Of a stretch of DNA of 64,000 bases, positions 62,264 through 64,000 are shown in pieces. This DNA comes from Eledone cirrhosa (Eukaryota), in the NCBI GenBank assembly GCA_964016885.1, contig OZ024741.1:140182001-140246000 (forward strand), read 5' to 3'. The translations under genes were made by a program, and so were the position numbers. Under the pieces are notes generated by a model. The model saw only the letters and a program-made list of their open reading frames with translations. It made no database searches and was not told where the DNA came from. Within the stretch, counting starts at the first letter, position 1; every line of letters starts with the position of its first letter.

Positions 62264-64000
62264 CAACAACCACAGTAACAGCGGCGGCAGCGGTCGTAGT
62301 ACAGCAGCAACAAAAAAAGTGACAGCAGCTCTGCCGACAACAACAACAACAACAAGAAAGAAAAACTAATCTCGTTTGCAGGTATCGCAAAGAACCTGAA
62401 ACCATCTTTATAACAAATGAGGAATTACAGGAAGCAAAGAAGATGGTGACGAAAACCGGACACCCAGCAATCTGCAAGGCAGCCGACAATTTTTTCGAAA
62501 CCCAACAACACTGTACGGTCACGTACCGTACAGTAAGCACAAAATCCCGTAGGGTTGAAAGAGCCACAGAGGCTCAAATACAAAAAGCCTTAGGGTCTGT
62601 GTGGCAGCGGAAAACGCATATCACCCGAGGCAAGAAATATGCCACCGTGGACGTGCTTTTTGCTACACCCCAGGATGCAAAGGCTCAATCCTTAGTGACC
62701 CTAAGGAGCGAGTAAAAATGTTGGTGCCCTCCTACTGCGGGCAAAAAATTGTGATAGTCAAACTGACCCCCCCCCCCCCGGATGGCCCCTTCATTGCTGC
62801 CCGCATCTGTCCTCGTCGGAATCGAGGATAAAACAACTGTACAGCAAGTACAGAAAAAAGTACGAGAAGATTGGGTCGGCTCCTCCATTGAGATGTTAAT
62901 TCAAACCAACCAGGAGTGCATCGAAGCTATCCCGGATGTGATAGACTTCGATAACGGCACTCAACTTCCCATAAGTGTTGAGGGCAAACGCCCGAAATGC
63001 TTTCGCTGTGGGTCGAAGACTCACCTCAGGGCCTTCTGCAATGAGAAGACCCTGAGAAAGGAGAAAACCCCCTCCTTCCGAAACCGGCTCCACTGCTACC
63101 AGCAACAGGACAGGCGGCAAGAAGGAAGGATAGATCTGTGGCACCCATACCCACGCCACGGAAATCAAGAACAGCAGCAGCAGTAGAAGTATTAACAACA
63201 ATAACAGTAATACCAACAGCAGCTGCAACAGAGACTTCACTGCAGCCATCACCAACAAGAAGAAGTGAAAGAGTGGAGCTGGTGCCCCTCCCCGACCTCA
63301 CAGAATCGGACATGGAGTGTGAGGTGGGAGAGGGATGGCAAAAGGTCGTAAGAAGGCACAAACGCAGAAGCAGCGCATCGTCGCCTTCGAAAAGGGGGGA
63401 GGGGAAGAAATGAAAAAAAGGGTAAAGGCTACTGCAAAGAGACTTACAGCAGCAACACCACCAACACCATCACCACCCACACCAGCACCACCAGCACCAC
63501 CAACACCACCGGCAGCAACCCCACCGCCAACAACAGCAACACCTTCAACACCACCACCACAAGCACCAACATCGCAAACACAACAACAAAACACACACAC
63601 ACAGCAACAACGACAAGAAAATAGCAGAACCACCCCCACCCCCAGAAAAAGAAATGCACAACAATAAATACACACAACAAGAAACTAATGACTTACATAA
63701 TTGAACACACAGACATTTCACAGCACGACTACATAATACCAGCACCAATCAAAACACCAACGAACATAAGACTGGTAAGAATAACACAGAAACAATACAC
63801 AAACATTAAAATGAAATTCACCAACGCAGTTGGTGATTTCAGAGACCTAGGAGGGACACTCAACCGGAGAGTATATTCGGATATACTCACAGAAGAGCCG
63901 ACAACCAGCCGAAGGGACGATTCACCGGTCCCTTCACCAGACGATCAAGTGAAAAGGGATGGAGAAACCATTCTTCCTCTACGAGAAGTAAGGTAAGTGG
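61630..64000 (+). mobile_element. 5' region of a LINE (Tx1/L1-like): UTR and frameshifted gag-like ORF1 with zinc knuckle; continues off the window
   Basis: Fragments 62443-62715 and 62782-63186 with VEGKRPKCFRCGSKTHLRAFC (CX2CX4HX4C), WQKVVRR, low-complexity tail; starts after (TTA)n. No ORF2 seen, so the clade is tentative. Confidence 0.6.

Overview
AT-rich eukaryotic DNA saturated with microsatellites and retroelements. No host protein-coding exon could be recognised, and most ORF-track entries are translated (TA)n/(CA)n runs. The SINE families and repeat landscape fit an Octopus (cephalopod) genome; this is an inference from memory, not a search result. Penelope-like elements (PLEs: RT plus C-terminal GIY-YIG endonuclease) of at least four families dominate, as truncated, inverted or pseudo-LTR (pLTR)-only copies usually bounded by (TA)n/(CA)n. 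Also present are RTE, CR1/L2-like, R4/Dong-like and Tx1/L1-like LINE fragments, an internally deleted mariner and two tRNA-type SINE families. Two layers are invisible in the ORF track. (1) Hand-folding gives about a dozen type I hammerhead ribozyme (HHR) motifs from about eight sequence families, including U3-A8 compensatory cores, a very long stem II, and tandem ~305-340 nt HHR-bearing units resembling non-LTR retrozymes. (2) There are many fold-back inverted duplications, from tens of bp to a >2.6 kb near-perfect arm, some copying non-PLE DNA and sharing template-switch junction signatures. All structure calls are by eye; repeat boundaries are approximate unless stated.
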